DNA of 54,063 nt, counting the filler, from Catajapyx aquilonaris (taxonomy: Eukaryota), in the NCBI GenBank assembly GCA_000934665.2. It is 2 parts of 2 records of this genome, joined end to end, with 100 filler letters (N's around TTAATTAATTAA, not from the genome) between each part and the next. Parts side by side here need not be neighbours in the genome. Positions count along the whole stretch, not along the records: positions 26,956 to 54,063 come from JYFJ02005142.1; 1 more part is not named here. One strand, written 5' to 3'. The position numbers and the translations under genes are program-made. The first letter of the stretch is position 1. Each line of letters starts with the position of its first letter. This document shows positions 36,262 to 50,160 of this stretch, piece after piece. The notes beneath the pieces were generated by a model, which was given only the letters and a program-made list of their open reading frames with translations, had not been told where the DNA came from and ran no database searches.

Positions 36262-37067
36262 CAGGGAGCATATACTACGTAAGAGGCGCAAACTTCTGTC
36301 GGCGCCTTTGATGTCCACGTCTCTCTGTTTGGGGCCGTTGCCAAGGCTGGCGGCCATTTTGAAGTGTGGGCACCGCCAACGAGGTATAAATAGGGTACAG
36401 GCAAAAAAAAGGGTCCGACATCTTTGATGGTTTTGGCAGCCACGGCAACTACACGGCAAGAACACGCGCGAATCAAAGATGGCGGACACTATTTTTGCCT
36501 GTACCCTATTTATGGCTCGTTGGCGTTGCCCACACTTCAAAATGGCCGCCAGCCTTGGCAACGCCCCTAACAGAGAGACGCGGAAATCGAATGTTTGCAC
36601 CTCTTCTATCTTCTATCTAAGATATATAAAGCCCCAATCCGACGAGGAGGATGAAAAGGATTTCGCACTTCCCGATGTCGTAGAGACCTCGGACTTGCAC
36701 CGTTGCATTTCTAGCCTCCGGTATACCAATGCCAAAAATCCTCATAATCGCAAAATTCCCAGCCGTTTTGGAGATAGCCAAATTAAATGTAGACGCAAAC
36801 TCCCCGAGAACAATAGCCCCATCCATCACCCCCTGACAGCTGCATCCACTCTAATCCCACGTAGACTTTTTTCATGATACGTCACCTAGGGCGCATTTTA
36901 ATACTCCACACCTTTGTGGACCGTGACGTCACGGGTTCTGTAAACGGATGGATTACGGCGGAATACGGGCACCGCGCCCGCAAGTGGGGCGCAGACCCAC
37001 GGGGGGGTCCGGGGGGGCGGAGCCCCACCGGCTCGCAAAGCGAGTATGTAGTATATTATGCTCCCTG
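36262..37067. mobile_element. P-superfamily-like palindromic MITE with a nested insertion
   Basis: Termini CAGGGAGCATA / TATGCTCCCTG; 7-bp TSD GTTTGAC (36255-36261 / 37068-37074); long internal arms 36281-36428 / 36471-36605. Confidence 0.8.
36616..37051 (+). mobile_element. Helitron-like element (family 2) inserted near the right TIR of the P-like MITE
   Basis: A|TCTAAGATATATAAAGCCCC 5' end homologous to 27050-27209; 3' hairpin CTCGCAAAGCGAG followed by TATGTAG|T (3' boundary uncertain). Confidence 0.6.
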
Positions 37068-37525
37068 GTTTGACTCTCATTTGACAGATGCTCTTATTTC
37101 CAACGCTACGCTTGCGGGGGTGGGGGGAATGGCCGACGTTTGCGACGTTGCCAACATCTATATAGTACCGTTTAAACCCCTGTTAACCTGTAGCTCACGA
37201 CGATACTTTATTGTCACTGGAGCTGGATAATTCTCCAGCCCTGGAGGGCGAATGGTCCTGCGATAGTGTGTGCAACATCCGGTGTGTTCAACAACAAGCA
37301 AGTAGTGTAAGCAACGTAGAGGTGTAGATAAGAAGGGCCTTTTCCTGCCTTGACATCAGCAGACTGGGGGCTTTATGTTTTGGGACCATATCGATTCAGC
37401 TTCCGGAGAGTTTAATCGGGGGGATTTCGAGTCCTCCGCACGCCTGACTCTGGCTGGATCCAGGAGCTTTATAAAACCAACCTTTTTAAGACAGTGTGTA
37501 CGGAGAGAATATAAGACCCCCCCAC

Positions 37526-37686
37526 CTGTTGATGAAGACGCATGTCTTGGCGAACATGAGGAACCAGAGGTCCATGAAGGGCTCTCCGGTGAACATGGTG
37601 GCGAAGGAGTTGTAGACCAGCATCCCTCTGTAGGGCAGCCAGAGGGTTGCGAAGATGGCCACCACCACCACCAGCATCTTCACCAC
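37526..37686 (-). CDS. TRHR: TRH/EFLamide receptor-like GPCR, coding exon 3 (TM6 to TM7)
   Basis: Long polypyrimidine acceptor TTCCTTCTTTCCAG|GTG, then VVKMLVVVVAIFATLWLPYRGMLVYNSF...WFLMFAKTCVFIN (WxPYR is typical of TRH receptors). Phase-2 donor AACAG|GTGGGG. Confidence 0.92.
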
Positions 37687-40600
37687 CTGGAAAGAAGGAA
37701 GGAAAGAAAAAGTTTTTTAAAAATATGAAAATTGGGCAGATTTAATCAAACTTCAAATACCATCTGTGACATACCATGAAAAATGACATTTGACGCCAAC
37801 GCCATCTGCGACATACACTGGGAACTGACATTTGACTCCAACGCCATCTATGATTAATTTTGTCATTTATGTGAACTTCAAGCCGACTCCTTAATATAAA
37901 ATTGATAACTGCCTCTTACTGCATGTATACCGTTTGATATAATGTAGACTTACAACTTGTTAAAACTTTTTGCACAAATATGTAGGCCTATATCTTTTCA
38001 GACGACATATTTTCTAGGGGCTAATCAGATGTCGGTTCTCCTATACAGAAATTGCGTTTAAAGTGTCCTGAACTGTCATAAACGAAATTATTGTGCTCGG
38101 TACCCAAATACTGTATTTTCAGTTTCTCAACTGCCACTCAATTCCCTTATGGGGGCGGATAAGAAGAGAACGAGATCAGGAAATTTGAGGTATATAGTCA
38201 GCTAGAGCTCTCCAAAAGATACTTTGGCATTCATTCGTCGCGCCCATCTTATCATGTTGGCACGTTCTTTGCAATGTAAGGAGTTGCGCAAATTTATATA
38301 TATTCGATTCTTCGGAGCTGCAAACGTGCAGCCAAAATGTGGGGCAGGAAAGGTCAAGGTCAAGTCACAACACATTTTGATATTCAAGTCACCGTTGGAT
38401 ATCAAGTTAGGTCTTCATATGATTGCCATGTATATAAAATTGGTTGGAGTCTGTGACTCTGTCCAGGTTCAGCTATAGGTGCATGTATAGTACCACTTTT
38501 TCTCACACGACCCTGAGAGTGGCAGCAGTGTGCAGAGAGGGTGGATCCGCCATCTATGAACAAAGTGATAACCTTGCCAAAACTTGAACCATATTTCAGG
38601 TTAACAATTCCTGGCTCATTATTTCTCTTCGATTCTTATACCCCGCCTAATGATCTCTCTAATTGTGTACACTGCAGTAAATATATCCCCTAAGCTAACT
38701 CGGCTACTGACGTCACAGACGGGGCGGACCCCACCTTAAATAGCCAAGAAAATATTCAATAACCCAAACATCATTTCCTCCCCTAAATTGAGAAACAGCT
38801 CATGCAAACTAAACCCATTTGTTCATCGCAAACATGATCACCAAATGTGTTTTGCTCCCCCCATATACATTGCATCTATGACGTCAGTAGCCATTATTCC
38901 CCTGTAATGATTAATCTCATATTGAAGGAAGGGGCATTAAAACATCATCATAAATCACTGCAACAGAATATTAATTTAAATAAAATCTATCCTTGCAATG
39001 CTTGGCTGAAACATTTTGTGCCTCTTTTGCGACATGTTCTTCCAGGTCGTAATTAATTCGCGACAGATTTTGTAAAGGCACAGCTTGTCCAGAACAAGGT
39101 AACAATTGTTGAAAAGAAGAAAAAAAAATACCAAATCAGCATTGGTGCCAATTTTTTTCCCTTCTTTTAGTTCCGTTTCCGATATCCTCTCGCCCTTGTA
39201 TGAAAAGATCGTTATCAATAGGACCCCGTCTCGAGAAGAAAAAGGTGGTGGTGCCAGAAGGTATCACAAAAGGAAGCACAGCTGGAGACTTCTCTTTTCA
39301 AGGCTCCAAGCTTGAATATTTCATACTTCGAAAGGCCCACCCCCTGGAGCCACCCCCAAAAATTCTCTTTTTTCATGCAATTCGACCCAAAGAGCGGCGC
39401 TTTCCACCTTCGAAATTTTTTGTAAAACATGTTTAATGCATTTTTATACCCCACCAGAAGCTTCCAGATGACTTTTTCTCAAAAGTTCATACAATGACAC
39501 GATCACTATTGTATATATTTTTTTTCGTCTGACAAAATCCGGGCTTAATCTTCGAGTTAAGCCACAGGTTGTAATCAGATTAATTTGTACGTCAATCAGC
39601 TCAAGTTAAATTGGACTTTCCGTAATATTTGGATTAAATGTAGTTAATAGCTTTTTACGTTATTATTAATTGACAGTGCACTGAGCCACATTTTATCTAA
39701 AAGCTATACCGTATACTTCTAACTAAGGGCAGATAAAATATTTATTTGTCATAATATTACCAACTACAAGTGATATATTAGCTGGAACTATAGTTGTTGG
39801 AAAATGCGCAAATTTTAATTTACAAATTTGGCTAAACTAGTTGAATTTTCACGCCAACAAAATTTGACCTTGTGTACTATTCATGACCAATAAAAATGAC
39901 TCCAACTAATACATAATTTGTGGATACTGCAGTGTTACACTCCAGTAAGAGGACCAATTACTCGCAGAATTTTGCACATTATTGAGCATCATAATTCGAC
40001 AATTATTGAAATGAATGAGGAGGTCCATTGGCTGCAGTAATTGGAAAATCTACTCTAATGCTCTCATTTACTGAACAGTTCAGATTAATTGAACTCGCAT
40101 TAATAGAATATGTGCAGGGGCCTTGATGAGCCGTGGGAAACAAACGTGAGAGGCCAAATGAAGCATACGGAAATGGTAATGTTCTCCGCGGGGCAAAACT
40201 TTTTAGATCCACAGGAGCCATACATTTGCATATTTTGCCCCCACCACGATTTCCACTCGCGATGTAGTTATTCATCATCCACTATGTTTGCTTCCACCTA
40301 GAGTTTCCATCCGAACACACACACACACCGTGAAAAAGGGGGGAAAGGTCATAAGTTCATTAATTATTGCAAGGAACACAATGAGACCCAGTAACTTTTC
40401 GAGACAATGGGTCTTATACAATGTTATAATGCTGTCCCGATTAATGAGACGCCTTCATGAATATTCTGTCAGATTTTTGCCTCAATTGATGAGCATGTCA
40501 TACTCTTCACGAAGTTCGTTGCAATATGACTTCTATTACACTTTCTAATCAGCCGATTAGAGCTTAACTGACAGTTGGTGCAAGCCTGTAACAGCATTTG

Positions 40601-42579
40601 ATCCGTCGGTCGTCTTTCAGCAACAGAAAACGTTTGATCAAGTCCTCTCCCCAAAAGCACCTTTGAATTGAAGGCTGTTTTCCTTTGATCGTCTCCGCAA
40701 CTATATAAAATATCCTATTGTTTAGATATATCCGGAATTTAATTCAAAAGCAAGGGATTCCTAGCGACGTCATCGCAGAAAAAGTTTGTCTGCTCCAGAC
40801 CTGAATCTGACTGAAATCCAATCGCAGATTGATTTTAGCGCACGGCTGATTCCGCAGGGCTCATCTATATATCTGCTGCTGCTGCAAACACAAAGTAGGG
40901 TCGAAAGGTCAAATTCATGTGAAAGAATCGATCGAGGTTTACGACTATAAAAGTGCGAGACACCCTGTAACCTTGCTATAGAGATAATAAAAAAAGTTGA
41001 GTCAATCCTATTTGGAAACCCAGGGATTAACCAAACCCTATAGAGGACGACCCCCCTTTTGGTGATGACCTAGTTCCAACCCATTTCCACCTGTTGCCTT
41101 GACCATAGCTGGCCCATCAATCTTGCGGCATCAGGAATTGCCAAGTACCACAGGAGGTAATCTCTCCTGGAATTTGGAAGCGAGAGAGAGAGAGAGAAGG
41201 GGGGGCTTCCAATTCCCCGATAAAGGATTGCCCGGTTGATCCCTGAAGCTTACCAGAAAATTCCTGGAATATCGAGAAAACTCCGGATAACGATCTAATG
41301 TTAATTATCTGGATAACGACCAAAATGTCGCCTCTACATAAAATGATTCTCTGGTGCTGCCTAAAGGAAGTTTGTCTAATTCGTTATGAAGCACCCTGTA
41401 TACGTATCTTCCTGAGGGAACGGGGGGTGAGAGTGTGCTGTTAAATCCTGGAGCGCTTCATTAGCCCATTCCGGATCGGCAGGATGATGAAGCGGATCAA
41501 ATGGCCCCGGGGCTAAACCTCGACCCGGGGGCCTGACTTTTCACAAAAGGATTACGTGAACTCTGCAGCCTGCTGAAACTCCTAACCCACAGCTTTTTGA
41601 TTGACTTTTCACTCTGTGGTTATTGGCTTGTGATTGGAGCTGATAATTGCGAATAACACATGATTACACATTATTACTTGTGACTACACATTCACACATA
41701 TGACTTTAGGTGATTACTTCAGGTGAATACTCGCAATTGTGGATAGGATTACGAATCACAATAGGGGCAAAAATCTTGAATCGGACATGATTACTCGTGA
41801 CTGCAGATTAACAACAGTGATTACTAGTGATTACTCGTGACTACATTTTAACAATGATGACTACTAGCGGTTACTCGTATTTTTTGGTAATCACTATAGG
41901 ATTATGCGTCATCATACCATTGGCAAAACTACCCCAGGCCCGACTCGTATAGTAGGCTACTATATCTCTAATATAGATGGCGCATTCCTCTCTGCACGCT
42001 ACAACTGATGACTCACCGCGGACAAAGAGAGGCACAGATTCGAGCCAATTCTATTACTGGTGACAACTGTAATTATGGGTTGGAATATTTAGATCAAGAC
42101 AAAGTGTATTCACGTGTGATTATACAAGACGAGTGGTTAACCCCCCTTGTCTGAAACCTGAAGTGTATAGTTAGTGGCCCGGGTGACAGAACCCAAATTG
42201 TTCTACTAATTAAAGCCTTACGTCCGTCGGTAATATTGATAGGCTCAGCCGTTGAGATTAATGGCGTTGTAAGTCGATGCATATGCCACCAGCAGCTTTA
42301 TTTTCCATTGGAGTGTGACGGCGATGTTCGACAACATGGCCTAATTACCCCTCATCAAAATGATATCAGGGTCATATATATGCAGGCAAGACCTATCTTA
42401 ACATGCACTTATTGTCTTTAATTATTGTCGCGTAACACCGTCCTGTTGTACGCAAAACGTATTAAAGGAATAATGAGGGTTTGGTCACATTACGCTTTGA
42501 TGCGAGCAAGTATTCACGAGATCGTGAAATTTTATTCACTCGAGTACATGGGTGCCGGTGTCATATTAATTACTGTACA

Positions 42580-43000
42580 TATTTAATTACAATTAATATG
42601 TATTTTGAAATATGACCAATAAATAACTAATAAATAATAGCGATGTATAACTAACACATGCCAATAAAATAGTACGAATTCAAGTAATAATAATATAATG
42701 ATATATATTATATTATAATATAATAAATTATTTGAATTCGCATTTTATTGTCACATATTAGTTATTTATCGTTGTTATTTATTACAGTTATTTATCGTTG
42801 TTATTAACAATAGTTTTATCGCAATTATTTCTTATAACTTACAGTTAGTTATTATAGTTCGTTATCGCTATTATTCATAATGCTGGTTATTTATCACTAC
42901 TATTTATTAATGTTAGTAATCGTATATTATTAGTTATTTATCACTGTTATGTATTATAGTAATGTTAATAATGATAATGATGATGATGATGATGATAATA
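42580..43000. repeat. AT-rich low-complexity degenerate repeat (GTTATTTATC motifs, ATG microsatellite)
   Basis: Recurring AGTTATTTATC; (ATG)n near 42970-42995. Confidence 0.6.
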
Positions 43001-44859
43001 ATCCCCAGTTGTGATTTCTCATATCCGCCTATTTCAACGCCATGCAATGTAGGTAATCTTTATAGTTTGGAGCTATCAGGTTCTGGCACCATTTTGTGCC
43101 AATTGTATGGCCAACTTGGATGAAAAGAGGAGAACGTACAACATACTACTAGCCTTTTGTACCACATTTATTTGAGAGGAGCTACTCGCTCCTCATTTGA
43201 TTGCGATGTCTCTCTGTCTGCTCGTCACAAAGTGCACTGTGGGGCCATTTATATATGAATATTCTGTTTGCCGTTGGAGAAACTTCCAGGCCCAACTTTG
43301 AATCGACGAATGAAATTTTGGCCAGGCATATAAGGGCAAGTATAAGGTTGTAACTTTCGAACGGAATGCATATTACACATTGGGTTTGGTACACGAATGA
43401 AGCGCAACAATGGGGGTGGCTGTTTGATGCTTTCAATCTGCTTTCAATTTAAACAGGTTGCTGGAGTGAACAATCGCTTCCATAGAAACGCGAACTTGCT
43501 GGAAAGTGTGTCCTGTTTGACTTGAAGAGAAAGTACGAATAGTCTTTAGTCATGTCTGGAATATTTATTAATACACTTTGTGGTACTCGCACATGAACAA
43601 CGCGTCTTTGCTCTCGATGTGTATACGACCGCGTCACTTGCTCGGGTCTAGTCTTCCTATCCTCCTATACTATACCTTAGCTGCCACATGAATAATTGAA
43701 AATGCGCATATCTTTCTCGGTAGCTCGTTTTCGCCGAATATCGCTGCCAGTCGATATCTTGAACTCTATAGTGATGTGACTTGAGAGTTGAATATACAGG
43801 GTGTTTCCTAAGTCCTGCGCAGCACATAATAACTTGATCTTCGAAGCGTCATTATCCAATTAGGCAAATTAGCTGTGCATTACATGTACAGTGCACTTCA
43901 CCTCGTACAGAACAAAAATATAGCTGCAACAGTGTCGAGCCAACTACGATGTGACGTTTTCAGTCGAGGTAACTTTTTGTGTCCCGCCACCTGACCATGC
44001 ACCACTTTCTCCAATTTCGAGAGTGAAATCACATTCTGGACGCATACGCCTTTTGTCGAATAGTCTCCGACATACAATCTCTTGCACGTAACCGAGGGAA
44101 AACTGTCGGCATGGAAAACTCGGTTGTCAAAAAATATATTTGAAATGAAAGCAGCAGCTGCTGGTCTCCCTCCCTGAGTAACTTTGAGCGCATGCAGGTA
44201 GTTTCAATTCGGCTGCTCAGGTGTGCAACCGGGAAGTAGACTGTAATTATTCAAAGGAAAAGGTTGTCCCCGGGCTCCCTGCAGAGAACTGTGTGTGTAC
44301 CTATATGGTTTCCGCAGATAATCCCAGGGTGTATAAGGTCGACCTGCTGGGAACCCATCAGGAACTTTGCGTCTCCGAATGGGGCACTGGGGCACTGTTT
44401 TTGAATGAGAAGAAAAACAAACGATCTTTCCTCTGTATGTTACACAGGCGCCGCTTTCTTTTCATCAGGCGTAACAAGGCGCATTATGAGACAAAATATG
44501 GTAGAACTTGACATCGGTATAGTTGCGTTTGACTATCAGATCCAAAAAAAAGTGCTCCTGAATGCGACTCTCTATAGTAATGTATATGAAGAACTGTATG
44601 CATTCTCATTAGTGTTACTTAAAGGGCTGCATCGTGGATGAAACATCATGCATCAGATGTATGCAGGTGTGCATAAGTTCGTACTGTATAAAGTACTGTA
44701 GGCCTGCTACAGCATTTGCCATGCACAAACAAGTTGCGAGAGGTTAGTTGTAGTCATTAGACATATTTACCTTAATCTTATAAATAAAGTTCTAGTCAGA
44801 TGTAATGTACTGTACGAGAGACACTGACATATATATTGAATTCGCAACAAAAAGATTTT

Positions 44860-45460
44860 AGATATCGATATATTAATATTCCAAATATCGATATATTTAT
44901 AAAATTCCAAATATCGATATATTTATAATATTCCAAATATCGATATAGTCACGATATCATAGCATTCATTCATTCAAGATGTCGTGATATCGATATGTGT
45001 TATACATCGTGGTATTATCGATATATTTGGAATACTACTAAATTATCACGTTCGAGATGTCGAGATATCTAGATATTTGGGACACTACAATATTGCCATA
45101 TGCGAGATATCGATTGAGATACCCTCGAATATATCGATAACACTATCCGTTCGAGATACTCTCGAATATATTGATATCACAAATCGCCAGAATAGATTGG
45201 TATTTCGAATATGTCAATATTGTAGTGGCCCAAATATTACGATATCTCGATATTGGTGTTAAATATACCAAACATATTGATATCGTGATATCGATATATT
45301 CGAGGGTATCTCGAACGATATCTCAAATAGATCGATATCTCGATATCTCGAACGATATCTCAAATATATCGATATCTCAATATCTCGAACGATATCAATA
45401 TATTTGGGATATTTCAACACCAATATTTTTGAGATGTTGAGAACTTGAGATATCGAAATT
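44860..45460. repeat. ATATCGATAT-rich repeat with inverted symmetry (probable decayed DNA-transposon subterminal array)
   Basis: Nine perfect TATCGATA octamers; 45103-45146 pairs with 45279-45323. Confidence 0.75.
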
Positions 45461-48400
45461 TTCGCTTGCAGTATTATGCACTTCATGGGTGTGTGCGATA
45501 ATACTCGAGTAGATACGGTACGCTTAAATACTTTCCATACTTGTCGAGTAATGGGACTCGATATTTACGCGACATCGATTTGCGATATGTAAATCCTGTT
45601 ATGGCACATTTCTTATCTCAGACTGATTCTAGTAAGCGCGGGATTCTCCCAGAAATGGTGGCCATATTGCTTTAGAATTCACTTACATTTTGAGGATCCC
45701 ACTTTTGCCGACGCATTTCCTGATAAAAGCCGGCCAATAAAATCCCAGCCTGCCAGGGGGTGCTTGGCAGCAGAATGTTTCGTAAAACCTGACCGTTATT
45801 TCGGGCCGTAAAATGGCGAAGGAGTGAGGTCGCACCTGCATATAACCGGTGTCAGAGACAGTTGACTCCGCGAGTGTTGCTGGCTGGAGGAAAAAGTCGC
45901 GCAAGCCCAGGAGCGCCATAATGCATCCGAAGAAGAGCCGGAACCGGGCTCTAACCAATTTCCAACTCTCCTCGTGTTATGGTCCCTCCCTGGAGAGGAT
46001 CTTGGTACAACAACTACCCCCCTCCAGCAGCCCCAGATGTTAACCAGCCGTTAGTTGTATACGACTCTTGGGATCGACCCAAGACGGCAAAGGCTTTCCC
46101 CCCTCTTCCTTCCCAACCGCATTACAGCGACAATTTTCGTGTCCATTCCTCTCGACATGCCCCAAAATGTGGCCGCGTGTAATGCGGAAGGAAGCGGCTA
46201 TTCGGACCACTTCCGGTGGAGGAAATGGGCCAATAGAAAGGCCGGAAAGGTCCACCCGTGAAAGAAAAGGCTCGCGGTTGGAGCCACGCGTCGGTCTTTG
46301 CTCATCTGGCCTGCGGTGTGTGACGTGAAGTGAAAGAGCGAGCTCTGATTGGCTCCCTTTGTCCGGGTCATAACCTAACCTAAGCCTATCTAACCTGATT
46401 TAACCTTACCTTATCTTACCTAACCCCTCGCGCGACCCTCAGTGGCAGTAGCGCTGTTTATGTTAGAGATATGGTAGTGAGGATTTGCCAAGTGTTTAGC
46501 ATACGTATAGTGCATATATTTCCCAAAACTTGAGAGCATGCCAGTTGAGAGAGCCAGTTGCAGCTAACAGCTCGGGATGTCTGGAGCTCCGCCTTTGATG
46601 TATCCGGATGCTATGGGTTTGACAGCATCCTTGAGTCCTGATATCATCTACAATCTACAGGGTGGTGCACTTCTCCAGTCCAATATGTCCAATATTGGCG
46701 GGGGAAAAACGGTTGCTGATTATGTTAGCCCCAGAAACCGCGATGGCAAATTGAAGTTAGCGATGAGGAAGCTGTTGGTTAAGACTGGTTGCTGAGCCTT
46801 TTCTACCTCCTTTTGAGGTGTGGATCTGGGAAGTGGACCCACCCTGTGTTTCATGGGTCTGGACATGTCCCTTTCCCGGGACACCCTTTTTTTCCCCTCC
46901 ATCTCCTATCGGAAATGCTGCACTTCCCAAGATATCGGGTCGACCCGGATCTGCTTTCGATTCCCAAAAACTTCCTTTTCCCTCCGAGGCAGGGAACTAA
47001 GGACGGAAGATGCTCTCTGGAGAAGCGGCCTGACCCACAACTTCTTTAATTGTTTACTGCTGCTTTGGGTCTTCCCCAACTCTTTTGTCTTCGGCCTGAG
47101 ACTCTCCCTGGAGAGGCATCTTTCCGAATCACTTCGGATCGCACTGGACAGGTGGATCACCCACAGCAATAACTGAGGGCGATAAGAAGCTCAGCTCAAA
47201 GCATACAGCAACGAATACATGCGATTAAAATAAGTCTGTTACACAACTATAAGCAGTTCAGATTTCTCCGTAAGTCCAAGAATTACTGGAAACATTCCTA
47301 CATTGTATATAGGACAAGATAAACCAGATTATTTCAGGGCTCTTTGATCTTCAGAATCTACTATCCTGTAGCAGGTATCTGCTTAGCTTAATGGGTTTTC
47401 TCTTATGATTGTTCAGTTGAATTATCCGCATGTGCGCATATCGACTGAGAATATCTTTGTAACAATATGATATTTTGGCAGAAAGGGAAAATCGCCCTGG
47501 GGAATCCAGCTACCCAGCCTCGCTTTATTAGATGTCTTTTCCCCCCCTTTCTCCTTATAATGTACGACGCAGTATAGATCTCTCAGGGATAATCTGTTAT
47601 CCTTCTGTTCGGTCTTCGGTGTTTCGTTTCATGCTGATGACATCCGCCTGAAAGAAATATTGCAGCCGATATTAATTTTGCTCCTCTTAATTACACCGCC
47701 TGTCGATTTTTACAGGGCCCTTTGAGACGAACCTGAGGATTGTTTTAAATTAATAAATAGCTCGATATAAATAAAAAAGCATGTATACGCAGGAAATAAT
47801 GCATGCCTGTCGACTTAGCTAACCGAGGCGTGATTGGCCACCTCAAATGAGGCAATGAATAACTTTGGCTTATAAGTAAATAAAATTGTTTACATTTACC
47901 CAGTGGGTCAGTGGCGGTTCATTCTCTCTCTTTCTCTCTTTGAATATTTTGGAGGGCATTCCTGCGGCTCATCGTCGGTAGACCCACCGCTGTAATGGCG
48001 GCCACGTTGGACATGCACAGCGGAAATCATTGATAGCGTGGGATGACAGCCCCAATCCATTGAATTAAGTCACGCAAACACGCTGCAATCTCGTTGGGTA
48101 ATGGCCTCAAGCCAAACACCACCAAAATGCTGGACACTCTTTTTTTTGTATACTGTGATGTGTGTTTTTGGGGTTGGCTGCCATTCTGGAAATAATGCAC
48201 GACCCACAGTGTATTGTCACGTTTTATACTATAGTGCGTACAGAACAATCGATAGACTGCAGAAAAAGCTGGTGCCATTTAACTGCCGGGACAAGTGTTA
48301 TTGGAGCGATCTTGAACGGAATTGCCAATAAACGTCACCCAAAATATTTCTGCACCTGAACCATGAATCTAGATAACATGCAAAATTGGCTTCCCAATCT

Positions 48401-50160
48401 AATTAAAATATAAACAGAAATAGATGACTGTCATGTGAGAACGGCATATTGCAAGCGAGCCGGGCAGTGTTTCCAAGTTTTGACAGGTAGACTTGGCAAC
48501 ATCATTTCATTTCGGCGACGATCCTTTTAGGCGGATTCCACCAGCAAAAGAGCGAGACGAACAGAAACATTTTTCAACATGTCGATATTCTTGATGCATG
48601 CACTAGTTATTACAGACTCCTACCGCTGATATCACGATGAAAGTCAGCAGTGATTGATCACAAAGTTGGGGCTCGGAGACGGTGATTGGCTGTTAGTGTC
48701 AAAAAGACTTTTTTGGCCCCCGCCAGAAGCGAGTCGTCTCTCTGAAACTACAACCCGGAAGAGTCCCCTTTTCCGGGTGCCATCTCTCTGTCTACATAAT
48801 TCCATTAAACAGTAGGAGTATCAGAAATTTCCAGCTTGGCAAAGCTATTTATGACTGGAAGCTAGAGTCATACGTCACAAGACAGCGGACTCTAATACGG
48901 CCCAAGAGACAGGACCAATCATCATTCATAGAATTTTATCACCCTTTGGCTATTTCCTTTTATTTCAATTGCAGAGCGTGCGTGCATAGGAAATAGTGCA
49001 CCAAAGGGAGACATATAAACGCATTAGTGCGGCAGATGGAAGCGTGGGATCATTTTTCGTCCACTGGTTTTATTTTCCCATGAGCTACGTTTGGCCAACG
49101 GCTTTTAAAGGATTCATTTCACTATACTAGTGTTTCTCAACCATGACAATCATATACTTGCCATCATGAATCTGTCATGAAGTTTTTCGAGTCGTGAAAA
49201 TCGAATTTGGCAAGCACCGAAAACCGATCCTGGTGCAAACGATTCCTTTTAAGTTCTCCAAAGAAAATCTGGGAAACTGGACATCTGCCCTGAATTTCGG
49301 GGGGCAACATGACCTATCGATGCGTCCAATCGGATTTAGACATCAAAACTTTAAAATTTGCACAATTTCCAGCAAATTTGATCGGATCGCCCTTTGAAGA
49401 GTGTGTAGCCTATAGGCAGAGAGCAAAGGACACAAAGTGAATGCTTTTTTTTAGCCGGCCCCGTAAAGAATTAATGGCATGCCTTTTTGGATGCAGTTGG
49501 TGCTCGCACTTCACCAAGCCCCTTTTTGGCCCAGTTAATCCCCGAGTTACGGCTGTAATTAATTACATCTGCGACTTGCGGAATTCAATCCCCTCCAACC
49601 CCTATAGCACCCTCTGTGTTTTTTTGTGTGTCCCCGCCCCCGCCTCCCGTCCTCTCTACTTCAAACTCCTCAGTAGTCGTGATGTGCGACCTGAAACCAA
49701 AAGTTCATTAGAACCCACCGGCACAGCGGATTAATGAGTTTCGGTACATCAGGTTCGATAGGACACGACGGGTGGAAAAATGCGGATCCTCACACCAGGA
49801 GGTTTTTATGGACGTCCGTGACTTGATCCAGTGCCACCCGCTACGAACAACCAAGCGCGATAACTGAGGGCGATAAGACGGGCAGTTTCGTCGTGCGGTA
49901 AGCCCTGGATACATGAAAGGGAAAAGGAAAGTAGGGCCACTTAACGTAATGATGACGACGGGGGGTTCCCCGCATCGACCGACAGAGAAAACCTTCCCCT
50001 TTCCCAATAAATTCCTCGAGTAGTGCTGGGAAGAGGAGTAGTGGAAAAGGAAGGTACGAGATTACCGCAGTGCTGAAAATGGTTCCTGATGATGAGATCC
50101 AGCTGCCTTGCATCTGGGATCTGAACGGAATGGAATTGAGATTGGGTCTTGCATAGGCGA

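Noticed and set aside
36160..36877. Two ORFs sharing RWRCPHFKMAASLGN on opposite strands
   Set aside because: Mirror translations of the two arms of a palindromic MITE
46577..47176. Overlapping ORFs suggesting a retroelement gag fragment
   Set aside because: No zinc knuckle, RT, LTR, PBS or other motif recognisable
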